This document shows positions 63,380 through 64,000 of a stretch of DNA of 64,000 nucleotides, piece after piece; the stretch's first letter is position 1, and each line of letters begins with the position of its first letter. A model generated the notes under the pieces. The model was not told the DNA's origin, made no database searches, and saw nothing but the letters and a program-made list of their open reading frames with translations. Position numbers and translations under genes: made by a program. The stretch is from Lama glama (taxonomy: Eukaryota), in assembly GCA_028534125.1 (NCBI GenBank), contig CM052817.1, forward strand, positions 59,088,001 through 59,152,000, read 5' to 3'.

Positions 63380-64000
63380 TGATAGTCTTTCTTATTTCTA
63401 GAATCTTCATAGTGGATCGTAAGCTCATTTTCTCTTGTTCTATCAGCACAGCTGAAAGACCATTTTCTAACAGTTTTCAGTTTAGTTTATATTCATAGAA
63501 TTGAATTTTTCACTTCTACCTTTTCCAGAGTGCAATTGTTCCAGTTTTTTCTATTTGATATTTTCAACTCTTTATCACTAGTTGAAACTCTATCTTGTTC
63601 ATATTTTTATTTGTTTGGATGACATCCAGAATTCTGAGTTTGGGTGCTGAGCTTTTTCTTATTTATTAAGTGAGTTCTTTAATTTGTGTTCCATAATAAT
63701 TTGTTTCCAGATTGCTATCCAAACCAAGATTTTTCTGAAATATTTTAATATTAATCTTTTTCCTCTGTGTAGAAGTTTTTTCTCTTAAGTACTTTATATT
63801 TGTGTCCCTTACCTGTTTCAATATACTAAAATAATTCTTTTCTAATATTATAGTTATTTTCTCATATGTACTCTTATCTTAAAAGAGGTCTTTTAAATGT
63901 TGGTCTGTGACTGGATTGGTAAAAAAATTTATCTCAAACATCCTATATATGGGAAGGATCAGTGAATATTTGCTGAATTTGGTCATCCATGACATTGTTA
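63380..64000 (-). mobile_element. Possible very old L1/HAL1 ORF1-region relic
   Basis: T-rich antisense L1-like text such as 'gaattgaatttttcacttctacc' and 'gtctgtgactgg'. Very diverged. Confidence 0.35.

Noticed and set aside
1..64000. CRISPR array, operon or other novel multi-gene system
   Set aside because: The DNA is eukaryotic and repeat-rich, with no regularly spaced repeat-spacer array and no long intact ORFs.

Overview
AT-rich mammalian genomic DNA with two 500-N scaffold gaps. It is probably camelid (alpaca/camel), judged from two tRNA-Ala-derived Vic-1-like SINEs and a young L1 3' end that I recall as camelid-type. I find no credible protein-coding gene, functional RNA gene, CRISPR array or prokaryotic-type system. 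The listed ORFs are N-gap artefacts, decayed LINE-1/Tigger1 fragments or chance ORFs. The window is a layered repeat landscape: L1 pieces of several ages, 11 solo LTRs (MaLR MLT1, MLT2, MER21, LTR33, MER41-like and lineage-specific ERV LTRs), a near-full-length decayed Tigger1, MER47/MER5/MER103 DNA-transposon fossils, MIR/L2 relics and microsatellites. Many insertions are nested and still show target-site duplications (TSDs). Nine of the 11 LTRs and most long L1s lie on the minus strand, which suggests, but does not prove, an intron of a large plus-strand transcription unit. A few unique stretches are weak exon or enhancer candidates. Repeat family names come from recalled consensus sequences, not a database search, and I cannot support a novel biological system here.
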